DNA from: Nitrospirota bacterium | Lineage (GTDB): Bacteria > Nitrospirota > Nitrospiria > Nitrospirales > NS-4 | Assembly (NCBI GenBank): GCA_963788195.1 | Contig: CAWBGA010000017.1 | Location: 512,001 to 576,000, forward strand | Reading direction: 5' to 3' | DNA: 64,000 nucleotides | The notes under the pieces: generated by a model | The model's input: only the letters and a program-made list of their open reading frames with translations | Told to the model about the DNA's origin: nothing | Databases searched by the model: none | Shown here: positions 22,730-32,154 of the stretch, in pieces | Layout: every line of letters starts with the position of its first letter | Numbering within the stretch: position 1 is the first letter of the stretch | Translations under genes and position numbers: made by a program

Positions 22730-22965
22730 CATTACACCCGCCCGCCCTGGCGCTGCCAAGACAGCGCCTTGTCCCATGGGCACCCACCCGCCCCGCCGCT
22801 GCCATTGCACCCACCAACCCTGGAGTCTGCCAAGACAGTACTCCTTGGCCCCCTGGACAGCTCGCTTTTCCCGTCGACCCACCCGCCACTAGAGCTATCG
22901 ACCCTTGCAAGTGAAGAGCAACGGGTACCCCGGCTTTTACCCGGACAGACTTCTTTTCCCCTGTT
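22730..22965 (+). repeat. cluster of family I hairpin repeats plus one family III module
   Basis: ggcgctg-CCAAGA-cagcgcc (22749-22768), ggagtctg-CCAAGA-cagtactcc (22822-22844), acccttgc..gcaacgggt (~22901-22926), each behind a CACCCRCC-like leader. Confidence 0.85.
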
Positions 22966-23006
22966 CGCGTACAAGTGGCTGAGTATACAACAGCTTACAC
23001 CGAATG

Positions 23007-24599
23007 TCACTCAGGTCGCCGGGTCAGGGCGGCCGCCATTCTTTGAATGCCGTCATGGGCATAGGTGGATTCGGGACGAGCCTCAAGCGCCCGCTGAAAA
23101 TACTTGAAGGCTGCTTCATACTCACCTTGGGCCTCGTAACAGGCCGGGATGAGATCCAGCGACTGGTCGTCCACCCCAAACTGTTTCTCGGACTCCTGAA
23201 ACACCTGAAGGCATTCTCCGTAGAGTTCAAGCTTGTAAAATATCCGTCCGAGGTACAGATATGCGTTCTGGTTCGGCGGCAGGAGATAAATATTCTCCAC
23301 GGTCCGGTCCAAGACCTCCAACAGGGCTTCCTCTTCCTCTGCGGTGATGCAATCGATCACCTGGCAGAGTTTATCTCCGCAGCGGACCAGTGCCACTGGG
23401 TCGTAATTCGTCAATCGAAGAAAGGCGAGGTAATTTCCAAGCTTGAGCGGGGGATCTGCGCGAAGAAAGTCCTCGCAATCGTAGAGGTAATTGATCGGGT
23501 TCTCTTCGATGATCCGCCGCCGAAAAGCATAGCGGGCTCGTTCGAACTTAGACCCCTGCTGGTTTGAGAGAATGTTCATGGTGCTGTGCACCGAAAGGGT
23601 CTTGTCGGTGGTGGTAAGAGAGTGTCCGCCCTGATCCTGAAAATACCGTCCGATCGCGTGGAAGTTGACCATGCAGGAGATGCCGCCCGTGAGCGAGTAG
23701 ATCTCTTGGGACTGTCCTTGCACTGATTTGTGTTCGATCGTTGTAAAGCCCTTATCGGACGCGAGGAGCACCAATTTGTTGCCGGAGAGCGACTGGAGGC
23801 GTTGGATGCACCGCAGCGCGCCAATCGGGAACAAAATCGTCGCGTTCTCAAGCTCGTGCGTGTAGGAGTCGAGCACGGCGTTCAAGGCGGCATCCGGAAA
23901 AGCCTCTCCTTTGAGCTCCCGGTAACTTTCAGCGCGTTTCAATTGGTCGAAGCTCAGGGGGCGGCCAGTGCAGTTGGCATCGCGCGAGAACGTGAAGCGC
24001 ACCTCCTGAAGCTTTCCCTCGACCAAGCGAAAGACATCATGGGGCAGGCTGTCGAAGAAATAGTTGGCAATCACGAGAATGGGGTTTTTGAGTCCCCCGG
24101 CCTGCAAGGTGCGGCCAGACTCTCGTAATGAAATTTCATGGTCCACATCTGGGCGGTACACGGCAAAATCAAGCAGCCCGGACTCCCTGAACGGCCTAAG
24201 CTTCTCGTGAGCCTCCCAAAAGGCGACATTCTTTTCGGCAAAATCAGTGAGCACGTACTTGGGAGTCAAGCCATCCGCCGCGGCGAACGAACCTTTGTGC
24301 GCCTGTAGTTCTTTCAAGAGATAAAAGGCGAAGGCTCCCGTTCCTGCTCCGAGCTCCAGGATGTAGACAGGCTCATCGGGATCCAGGTGTGGCCCGTAAT
24401 CAAGGAGAAATGCGACGAGCACCTCGGCGTACGCCCTGGCGATAAAGGGATTGCTCGTGATATAGAACGGCACTTGGTTCCAGGCCGCGATTCCGGATTC
24501 CTGGAAGTATTTCACTTGTAGCGGCCACAAGAGACACTCCGAGAGCCGCACCTCAGATTCAAGGATTTCCTGCTTTGGGGGGTTTCCGGTGGCTGACAT
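23007..24599 (-). CDS. SAM-dependent methyltransferase (MidA/NDUFAF7-like) with C-terminal TPR repeats
   Basis: YILELGAGTGAFA motif I, IANYFFDSLPHDVFR; C-terminal TPR-like YLYLGRIFYKLE...AFKYFQRALEARP. Confidence 0.75.
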   Translation of the reverse strand: MSATGNPPKQEILESEVRLSECLLWPLQVKYFQESGIAAWNQVPFYITSNPFIARAYAEVLVAFLLDYGPHLDPDEPVYILELGAGTGAFAFYLLKELQAHKGSFAAADGLTPKYVLTDFAEKNVAFWEAHEKLRPFRESGLLDFAVYRPDVDHEISLRESGRTLQAGGLKNPILVIANYFFDSLPHDVFRLVEGKLQEVRFTFSRDANCTGRPLSFDQLKRAESYRELKGEAFPDAALNAVLDSYTHELENATILFPIGALRCIQRLQSLSGNKLVLLASDKGFTTIEHKSVQGQSQEIYSLTGGISCMVNFHAIGRYFQDQGGHSLTTTDKTLSVHSTMNILSNQQGSKFERARYAFRRRIIEENPINYLYDCEDFLRADPPLKLGNYLAFLRLTNYDPVALVRCGDKLCQVIDCITAEEEEALLEVLDRTVENIYLLPPNQNAYLYLGRIFYKLELYGECLQVFQESEKQFGVDDQSLDLIPACYEAQGEYEAAFKYFQRALEARPESTYAHDGIQRMAAALTRRPE

Positions 24600-24610
24600 C
24601 GCCGGCTTGG

Positions 24611-25225
24611 TCAGCGGATCCTGACCTGGCGGCCCGCAACGCTCAGGCGTCCTTCGGCGAAGAGCTGGATCGCCTGCGGATAGATGCGGTGTTCCTCAAC
24701 TAAAATACGGGCCGCTAAGGTATCCTCCGTATCGCCTTCCAGCAAGGGCACCGCCGCCTGAAGAATGATTGGGCCCGCATCGACGCCTTCGGTCACGAAA
24801 TGCACGGTGCAACCGGACACTTTGGCGCCCCAGTCGATGGCCTGCTTCTGCGGGGACAATCCCGGAAAGGCAGGTAACAGCGACGGGTGGATATTCATCA
24901 TTCGATTGGCATAGGCCTCGACCAATGCCAAAGTCACGATCTTCATATATCCCGCGAGCGCCACAAGTTCAACGTTTCGACTCCGCAGCTCTTTCAGAAT
25001 CAGGCCGTCGTAATCCTCTCGTCCAGCTGCCGCCTTAGGATCTAGAAACACCGCGGGCGAGCCGTGCTTTCTGGCCCGATCGAGGGCCGGTGCGTCGGCC
25101 TTGTTGCTGATCACCACGGCGAGGATGGCATCCAGTGTCTCTTTCTCAATCGCGTCAATGATCGCTTGGAGATTGGAGCCGCGGCCCGAGGCCAATACCC
25201 CTAGACGGACTCGCCCCTCAGGCAT
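24611..25225 (-). CDS. purN: phosphoribosylglycinamide formyltransferase
   Basis: LASGRGSNLQAI, LAGYMKI, NIHPSLLPAFPG, GCTVHFV, DAGPII. Confidence 0.97.
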   Translation of the reverse strand: MPEGRVRLGVLASGRGSNLQAIIDAIEKETLDAILAVVISNKADAPALDRARKHGSPAVFLDPKAAAGREDYDGLILKELRSRNVELVALAGYMKIVTLALVEAYANRMMNIHPSLLPAFPGLSPQKQAIDWGAKVSGCTVHFVTEGVDAGPIILQAAVPLLEGDTEDTLAARILVEEHRIYPQAIQLFAEGRLSVAGRQVRIR

Positions 25226-26249
25226 ACCGCACTGCTCGCTCACCCGCTTCAACCACCCCGATCCGAAAGGCGTGATCCCCGCATTCCTCCGCACGGCGGA
25301 TTGTTTCCTGGGCGTCTTCCGGTGGCACAATCACCACCAGACCGATGCCAAGGTTGAAGACCCGCGCCATTTCTTGCGGCTCAATGCCGCCCCGGTGCTG
25401 GATCAACTCAAAAATCGGGGGCTCCGCCCATGTCCCTCGATTGATCACAACGCCGCATCCCTCAGGAAGCACGCGAGGGATATTTTCAGTCAGACCTCCG
25501 CCCGTTATATGCGCAATGGATCGAACATTGCAGGATTTTGCCAACTGAAGAATCGTCTTGACGTAAATCCTTGTCGGCTTTAAGAGCGCTTCTCCGACGG
25601 TCTCCTCGCCTCCGGGCACTTTTTCGTTGAATGCGGCCTGAGCTCTCTCGAGCAAAACCGTCCGCGCCAGCGAGTAACCGTTACTGTGCAATCCCGTCGA
25701 AGCAAGGCCGACGAGCACATCTCCGGGTTTAACCCGGCTGCCGTCGATAATTTGATCCCGCTCCACCACCCCTACGGCAAATCCGGCAAGGTCGTATTCC
25801 CCTTCTGGGTAAAAGCCGGGCATCTCCGCTGTCTCGCCACCGATCAATGCGCAGCCGGCTTGACGGCACCCTTCGGCAATGCCCGACAGAATCGACTCCG
25901 CTTGACCGACGACCAATGTCCCCACAGCTAAATAGTCAAGAAAAAATAGCGGTTCGGCGCCGCAGACTGCCACGTCGTTCACGCACATCGCCACAAGGTC
26001 GACACCGATCGTATCGTGGCGTCCCATCTGAGTGGCAATCTTAAGCTTCGTTCCGACACCGTCTGTGCCCGAAACCAGCACCGGCTCTCGATAGCGCGTG
26101 GAATCGAAGCGAAACAGGCCCCCAAATCCGCCAATATCCGTCAAAACCTCCGGACGGAAGGTGGATCGCACCAAGGGTCGGATACGACGCACAAATTCAT
26201 TTCCCGCATCGATATTGACGCCCGCCTTCTTGTAATCCATGGCTGCCAT
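25218..26249 (-). CDS. purM: phosphoribosylformylglycinamidine cyclo-ligase
   Basis: YKKAGVNI, GGFGGLF, TDGVGTKL, GGETAEMPG, GLHSNGYSL, HITGGG, FNLGIG. Confidence 0.97.
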   Translation of the reverse strand: MAAMDYKKAGVNIDAGNEFVRRIRPLVRSTFRPEVLTDIGGFGGLFRFDSTRYREPVLVSGTDGVGTKLKIATQMGRHDTIGVDLVAMCVNDVAVCGAEPLFFLDYLAVGTLVVGQAESILSGIAEGCRQAGCALIGGETAEMPGFYPEGEYDLAGFAVGVVERDQIIDGSRVKPGDVLVGLASTGLHSNGYSLARTVLLERAQAAFNEKVPGGEETVGEALLKPTRIYVKTILQLAKSCNVRSIAHITGGGLTENIPRVLPEGCGVVINRGTWAEPPIFELIQHRGGIEPQEMARVFNLGIGLVVIVPPEDAQETIRRAEECGDHAFRIGVVEAGERAVRYA

Positions 26250-26359
26250 GCGATTTTTGCCTAGTGAAAGCGGCATCTTAACGTGATGGTCGCGGGCGGG
26301 TCAACGCGGACAGCGATGTATGTTGTTGAAAGGCATGTGCAAGCTTCGTTGCGCTTTCA

Positions 26360-26375
26360 TGGCATTTGTCTTGCA
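26360..26375 (+). promoter_or_regulatory. putative sigma54 (-24/-12) promoter
   Basis: TGGCATTTGTCTTGCA: GG-N10-GC with TGGCA and TTGCA, 65 nt upstream of the HTH gene. Confidence 0.6.
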
Positions 26376-26439
26376 CTGTCTTAAGTTCAGTACAGAACAC
26401 GCCGAAACCACAAACAAGGACGATCAAGGCCTGGGAGGC

Positions 26440-26712
26440 ATGAACATGCTAACGATGGAAAAAGAAAAACAGAAGAGCAAGCTGCTCACCGTGAAGGAGG
26501 TTGCGACCTACCTCGTAGTCACCGAGCGCACCGTGTACCGATTAATTAAAGATCCTGATTTTCCAGCCTTCAAAGTAGGCGGGCAGTGGCGCTTCAAGAT
26601 TGAGCTCATCGATGGATGGATGAGTCGCGACAGAGGTAGCAATCATGGCGATTCTCAATTCCCCCGGCACAGCGAAGGGTCAATTGCTCCGGCAGGACGG
26701 GTCGCCCACTAG
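26440..26712 (+). CDS. small helix-turn-helix protein (HTH_17, excisionase/BldC-like)
   Basis: GGAGG RBS; LLTVKEVATYLVVTERTVYRLI..FPAFKVGGQWRFK..IDGW. Confidence 0.88.
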   Translation: MNMLTMEKEKQKSKLLTVKEVATYLVVTERTVYRLIKDPDFPAFKVGGQWRFKIELIDGWMSRDRGSNHGDSQFPRHSEGSIAPAGRVAH

Positions 26713-28021
26713 CTCCACGAGAGTTTCGATATGCATGGTCTGCGGAAACATGTCATACGCTTGAATTCGAGCTACTCGATAACCGGCTGCGACGGTAGCA
26801 CGAAGGTCCCGTGCGAGGGTGGCAGGATCGCAGGACACGTACAGAATTCGTGGAGGTCTCAGCCGGATAAGACCGGCCAGGGCTTCTTTACTGAGACCCG
26901 TACGTGGAGGATCGAGAATAACCAGGTCGTATTCTCCCGCGACGCTCGCCGCCAACATCGCTTCCGCGGACATCGGTCGAAAGCGGCAGCGCCCTATATG
27001 ATTCACTTTCGCATTCTCTTTGGCGTCCGCCAACGCCAGCCGATTCCCCTCTACTAACGTGACCAGAGCCCCTTCGCGGGCAATCGGCAGACCGAAGTTA
27101 CCGATTCCTGCGTAGAGTTCAAGAACCCGCAGCGTGGACGTGTCTAACCGTTCACACGCCCAGCGCCTCACTGTGTCACCCAACGCGGCATTCAACTTCC
27201 AGTTCGCTTGCGCGAATGACCCATGGCTGATCCTAAAGGTACAGCCCGCGATGACCTCGGTCAGCGCACTGTCTCCTTCGGTGAAGCGGCGCGTTTCCCG
27301 ACCGCGACCTGCCAGCAAGGCCTGGCCTTTGATGAGCCCGCCTTCACGGACCTTTCCAAACCAGGCCTCTGCGTCTGTCCGCGTCGCTCGCTCTGCAAGG
27401 TAATGAATCACGACCTCCCCGGCTCCCGCTCGAGGCAGCGAGCGATACCTCCTGGAGGCTCATCTTCTTAGAAAACGGCAGGAGCTTATTGAGATGCGCC
27501 AACATCGCGTTCAACGAAGGCGTCAGCACCGGACACTCGGCGATGGGGACGAGCCGGGAACTGCCCTCTTCGTGATACGCAAGTGCTGCCTCCGGCGAAG
27601 CGGCCTGTAGAACCGCAAAGCGGGCCCGGCTTCTGTACCGGAAATTCTCGGGGGATGGGACGATCGGTGGAATGCACACGTCATGTAAGCCACCCACGCG
27701 GGCGAGGGTCTCGGCCAGGATCGCCCGCTTGAGCTCAAGTTGAGCGCCAACCGTGGTGTGCTGTAGTTGACAGCCGCCGCACTGTCCATAGACCGGACAT
27801 AGAGGCGCGACACGGTCAGCAGATGGCGTAACAATCTCAACCAATTGCCCCTCGGCAAAGCCCTTCCGCGGCCGGTTGACCAGTACACGCACAGACTCCC
27901 CGGGTAGAACGCCCGGAACAAAGACCGCAAGCGAGCCCTGGTGAGCCAGCCCTTTGCCTCCATGGACGAGCTTCTCGATCTGTAGCACAGTGCTTTCTGT
28001 GTCGGGGAGTTGAGACGGCAT
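26680..28021 (-). CDS. rlmD: TRAM-domain RNA (uracil-5)-methyltransferase, RlmD/TrmA family, apparent frameshift near 27420
   Basis: IEKLVHGGKGL, CPVYGQCGGCQLQH, SFAQAN, ELYAGIGNF, LDPPRTG, YVSCDPATLARD, DMFPQTMHIE. Confidence 0.88.
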
Positions 28022-28099
28022 CGGACAGTCTAGCATGAAGGGACTGGCCCCTTTTACTCACAATAATACCGGCCGTAATACCAGCTGGGACAATTTAAC

Positions 28100-28484
28100 G
28101 GGTCCCGACGTATCCCCTTTTTTCCGTCTTTCTCAAATCGGAGGTTGATCGCTGCTGCGGGCGGCACCGAACACCTGACGTACTGCGACTTGGGCTTCCC
28201 GTATCGGAGGTTGCTTCGGCTTGACGGGTGTCGTTGACCTTCTCATATCGTAGGTTGATTGCTGCAGCGGTGTCGCCGTAAGGCTGACGACTAGCGACTT
28301 GGGCTTCCCGTAATCGAAGGTTGATCAGTTTGACGGGTGACGCTGACCTTCTCATATCGAAGGTTGATTGTTCAGCGGGTGGCGCCTGGAAGCCTGACGA
28401 TTAGTGACTAGGGCTGCGGTGAGCAAGGAGTCAGGTTTCGGCGACAGGACCCGTTCAACCCCTACATCAACCGGAGATCTTTCA
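28100..28484 (+). repeat. family II structured repeat, ABABA tandem stack ending in one complete stem-loop
   Basis: ATCGNAGGTTGMT at 28137, 28203, 28247, 28313, 28356 (spacing 66/44/66/43); complete hairpin 28375-28454. Confidence 0.88.
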
Positions 28485-29852
28485 GTTTTCGGGGCGGACT
28501 TCTATGCCGAGGAGCTTGATCTTGCGGTGCAGATGGCTGCGCTCGATCTTGAGGTCATCCGCGGTCTTGGAGACATTCCAGGACCGTTCCCGCAGCTTGC
28601 GGGCGATGTATTCGCGCTCAAAGGCAGCGCGTGCCTCCCTGAGAGATGCGTAATCAAAGGCCGAGGGCACCTGCGGTGAGTGCAGGATGGCCTGCCGCAC
28701 CAGAGGCTCTACATCCGAGGCTTGAATATCCGGTCCGCGGGACATGATCATCGTGCGCTCCACCAAATTTCGCAGTTCACGCACGTTGCCCGGCCAGTCG
28801 TGCTTCGAGAGAACCGCCAGTGCGTCCTGCGTGATCTCACGGGGGCGAAGACCCTGCTCCTCTACGTTCATAGTGATGAAGTGGCGGATCAACGCCGGGA
28901 TGTCCTCGCGGCGCTCACGTAACGGCGGAACATCGAGTTGGAGTACCGCCAACCGGAAATACAAATCCTCTCGAAATGTGCCTTTTCGGATGGCATCAAC
29001 GAGATTTTTGTTGGATGCCGCAATCACCCTGACATCCACCTTGATCGGCTTTGTTCCTCCCAATCGTTGAAACCGCTGCTCCTGCAATACGCGCAGTACC
29101 TTGGCCTGGGTCGCGAGACTCATATCGCCGACCTCATCCAAGAACAAGGTGCCACCGTCTGCCACTTCAAACTGTCCGCGGTGCATCCCCATGGCGCCCG
29201 TAAATGACCCCTTTTCGTGTCCGAACAGTTCGCTTTCAATCAGTGTCTCCGGGATCGCCGCGCAATTGACCTCGATGAACGGCCGCTCTGCCCGCGGGCT
29301 TTGCAGATGGATCGCGCGGGCCACCAACTCTTTCCCTGTTCCATTTTCGCCCGAAATCAGCACGCGGCTTGGCGCCGGTCCGGCTGTCTCAATCTGCCTG
29401 CGCAGCTCGACCATCACTCCGCTTTCCCCGATCATTTTGAGACGGCGGGCCGCCTGTTCCTTGAGGGACCGGTTTTCACGCTCGAGTTTTAACTCGTGCA
29501 AGGCATGTCGGATCAGCAGGGTCACCTTTTCCAGCGAGAGCGGTTTCTCAATGTAATCATACGCGCCGAGTTTGATCGCCTTGACGGCCGACTCGATTGA
29601 GCCATGACCGGACATAATGACGACCTGGAGACCGGAGACAAGCTCCAGCGCGCGCCGAAGGGTTTCGATCCCATCCATTTCAGGCATCCAGATATCCAGA
29701 AAGACCATATCCGGTATTTCGGTCTTGATCAGCTTAAGGGCTTCCTGACCGCTCTTCGCGGAGAAGACATCGTACCCCTCATCCTCCAGGATCCCCGTCA
29801 GGGCGTTAACAATGGCCGGCTCATCATCTACGATTAAGATGCGCGTGTTCAT
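28482..29852 (-). CDS. ntrX: sigma54-dependent response regulator (NtrX/NtrC family)
   Basis: Receiver domain (LDIWMP), GENGTGKE, ESELFGHEKGSFTGA, FLDEVGD, WPGNVREL, Fis-type HTH. Confidence 0.88.
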   Translation of the reverse strand: MNTRILIVDDEPAIVNALTGILEDEGYDVFSAKSGQEALKLIKTEIPDMVFLDIWMPEMDGIETLRRALELVSGLQVVIMSGHGSIESAVKAIKLGAYDYIEKPLSLEKVTLLIRHALHELKLERENRSLKEQAARRLKMIGESGVMVELRRQIETAGPAPSRVLISGENGTGKELVARAIHLQSPRAERPFIEVNCAAIPETLIESELFGHEKGSFTGAMGMHRGQFEVADGGTLFLDEVGDMSLATQAKVLRVLQEQRFQRLGGTKPIKVDVRVIAASNKNLVDAIRKGTFREDLYFRLAVLQLDVPPLRERREDIPALIRHFITMNVEEQGLRPREITQDALAVLSKHDWPGNVRELRNLVERTMIMSRGPDIQASDVEPLVRQAILHSPQVPSAFDYASLREARAAFEREYIARKLRERSWNVSKTADDLKIERSHLHRKIKLLGIEVRPEN

Positions 29853-29862
29853 GCGGGACTAT

Positions 29863-32082
29863 TTATACGGGCAACTCGATGGTGAAAATCGCGCCTTTCG
29901 GGACATTATTGCCGGCGCGGATGCGGCCATCATGATCAGAAATGATGCGGTGAACGATAGCCAGTCCCAGGCCCGTGCCGGTCTTCTTTTTGGAAAAGTA
30001 CGGCAGGAAGAGGTTGTCGTGGTCTCCGGGTTGGATGCCGACGCCTTCGTCGGCGACCTCAATGATGATCTTTCTGACCTTCGTTTCATGATGCGTGGTC
30101 ACCCACAACCGACCGTTGTCGTTCATCGCCTGCACGGCGTTATCAAAAAGATTCACAAAGACCCGTTTCATCTGCTCGCGGTCGATCATGATCGGAGGCA
30201 GATTGTCACTGAGATTTGTGACGAACTCAATGTCTCGATGCGCAGCGGAGTACAATAGAACGACCTCTCTAAGAGCCGCGTGCAACGACTGGCGTTCCAT
30301 CACCGGCGTCGGCATCCGCGCAAAATTAGAAAATTCATCCACCATGCGCTTGAGGCTGTTCACCTCATTCACAATCGTCATCGTCGACTGATCGAAGATG
30401 TCATTGAAGTCGCTCGCCTTCTCAAAGAACTTCTTTCGCAATCGCTGCGCGGAAAGCTGGATCGGCGTGAGGGGGTTTTTAATTTCGTGCGCAATTCGCT
30501 GGGCCACCTCCTGCCAGGCGGCCGCTTTCTGACCTTTGATCAATGCCGAAAGGTCATCGAAGACAATCACCGATCCCAGCTCCCGGCCGATCTCATTGCG
30601 TAATCGTGATGCGTTTAACCCTAACACCAGCGCGTTGCCCCGTAGTTCCGCATGCCCTTCCCAGGCAACGGTCTCGCGGGCGCCCGCGCGCAGGCGGTCA
30701 ACCAATTCCATAAACATCATCAGACCCAGTGGCTTAAACACATCCGTGATCGACAGCCCGCGTATCTCCTCGGCCTTCAGCCCTAGGATGCGCTCTGCAG
30801 AGCGGTTGAACGTCGCGATACGGTCCTCTGCATTCACCGATAGGACGCCACTCCCGATATTATCCAAGACCGTCTCGATATACGCGCGGCGGCGGTCTAG
30901 TTCGATGTTGGAATGCTGGAGCGAGACATTGGCCTGCTCTAATTCCGCCTTGCTGACCTTCAGATCCTCTGTCATGCGATTGAAGGAATCCACGAGCACG
31001 CCGATCTCGTCGCTGGCTTTGGCCGTGATCCGGAATGACAAATCGCCGGCCGCCACCGCCTTCGTGCCTTCCGCGAGTTTCTGGATCGGCACAGTAATGC
31101 TTTTGGCGATTTGAAAGCCGAACCAAGTCCCCGAGAGGATAATCACCAGCGCGATCGCCAGAACCAGGGCTATGTACTGTGCCTTCACCGGATTTTTGTA
31201 CGCCTTGGCGATCTTAAAACTTTTGTATGACTGCGCAACTCTGTCCATCTTGGCCACCAGCGATTCGGGCAGATACGTGTCCACAACGACCACACCATCC
31301 ACCTCCCCAGGACCCTTGATCGAAGGAATGGTCACAGCCGCTCGGATCAGGTCCCCCAATTGAAACGAAATCACCTCACCGCTGGCGAGGGCTTTCTCCA
31401 CGATCCGGTTCTCGGGATTATCGAGGATATGGAGGGGAATTTGGGAATCCACTGCGCGGGTCAGGATCTCCTTATTGCCTGAGTACACTTCCACACCACT
31501 GACGCCATACTCCATACGCTTGCGCTGCATTGCCAGCGCGAGCGTTTCATGATGGTCCAGGTCCAGCAGGCCATCCGCGTAGATTTCACGACTGATCGCC
31601 CGCGCGGCATCGAGGGTCCTGGTGTGATGACCTTGTCGGTGGGCTTGCACCACATCCTGGGAGTCTCTCAGCGCATGTTCCACCTCCAGCCCAAACCAAT
31701 GATCGATGCTCTGAGAGAGAAGGCCGGCGGCCAGGCCAACAAGCAGCAACGACGGAATAAGAGTAAACCCCACGAAGGCGGCCACCAGCTTCGTACGGAA
31801 TCCTGATCCGAGGAGTTGGCGGCGTTCGAAAAACGCCTTCACCAGATTGCGAGACAGTAAGAGAATTAACAGAACAAGAAGAATCACATCTACGTTTAAA
31901 AGTCCGAGGACCAGGATGTTGCTCGGGACAAAAGGGGTGGCTTGAGTCTTGTCGGAATAGTGGACGGTCAGATAGACCGTCGGGAGCAAAAAGGCCAAAA
32001 CGATAAGAATCGGGAGCAAGCGATGACCCGGGCGGTCGCCGTCCGCCTTGGGAGGAGCTACACGCGCAGAACGTTGCTTCAC
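29863..32082 (-). CDS. ntrY: HAMP/PAS sensor histidine kinase (NtrY-like)
   Basis: GFRTKLVAAF, AWQEVAQRIAHEIKNPLTPIQLSAQRL, GTGLGLAIV; start taken as the in-frame GTG 7 nt behind TAGAAT. Confidence 0.88.
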   Translation of the reverse strand: MKQRSARVAPPKADGDRPGHRLLPILIVLAFLLPTVYLTVHYSDKTQATPFVPSNILVLGLLNVDVILLVLLILLLSRNLVKAFFERRQLLGSGFRTKLVAAFVGFTLIPSLLLVGLAAGLLSQSIDHWFGLEVEHALRDSQDVVQAHRQGHHTRTLDAARAISREIYADGLLDLDHHETLALAMQRKRMEYGVSGVEVYSGNKEILTRAVDSQIPLHILDNPENRIVEKALASGEVISFQLGDLIRAAVTIPSIKGPGEVDGVVVVDTYLPESLVAKMDRVAQSYKSFKIAKAYKNPVKAQYIALVLAIALVIILSGTWFGFQIAKSITVPIQKLAEGTKAVAAGDLSFRITAKASDEIGVLVDSFNRMTEDLKVSKAELEQANVSLQHSNIELDRRRAYIETVLDNIGSGVLSVNAEDRIATFNRSAERILGLKAEEIRGLSITDVFKPLGLMMFMELVDRLRAGARETVAWEGHAELRGNALVLGLNASRLRNEIGRELGSVIVFDDLSALIKGQKAAAWQEVAQRIAHEIKNPLTPIQLSAQRLRKKFFEKASDFNDIFDQSTMTIVNEVNSLKRMVDEFSNFARMPTPVMERQSLHAALREVVLLYSAAHRDIEFVTNLSDNLPPIMIDREQMKRVFVNLFDNAVQAMNDNGRLWVTTHHETKVRKIIIEVADEGVGIQPGDHDNLFLPYFSKKKTGTGLGLAIVHRIISDHDGRIRAGNNVPKGAIFTIELPV

Positions 32083-32154
32083 ACAAGGCATTCTAAACTG
32101 GGCTCTCCGGCAGGTCAATGAAACGGTGAATGACAATCAGGCGGGAGCGGACTC

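Noticed and set aside
22517..23107. Short ORFs over the tRNA and repeat cluster (likewise 28095..28355, 40361..40760, 43481..43889)
   Set aside because: They are translations of non-coding repeats or tRNA, low-complexity G/P/R-rich, with no RBS or recognisable motifs
22653..24599. Genomic island integrated at tRNA-Ala
   Set aside because: No integrase and no duplicated tRNA 3' end found; core bolA-grxD follow the tRNA 3' end directly
28036..28052. SAM-I riboswitch-like GAAGGGACTGGCCC
   Set aside because: Only the P2 fragment matches, the other conserved elements are absent, and it is on the wrong strand for rlmD
28128..28370. CRISPR array built on the ~20 nt repeat TTCYCRTATCGNAGGTTGAT
   Set aside because: The intervening sequences alternate in length and are homologous to each other and to 11.7-11.9 kb, the repeats are degenerate, and no cas genes are present
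11958..28484. attL/attR pair (19-bp direct repeat) bounding an integrated element that includes the HTH gene
   Set aside because: The enclosed 16.5 kb is core lys/arg/pur genes, there is no integrase, and the duplicate lies upstream of dapA; the match is explained by the family II arm
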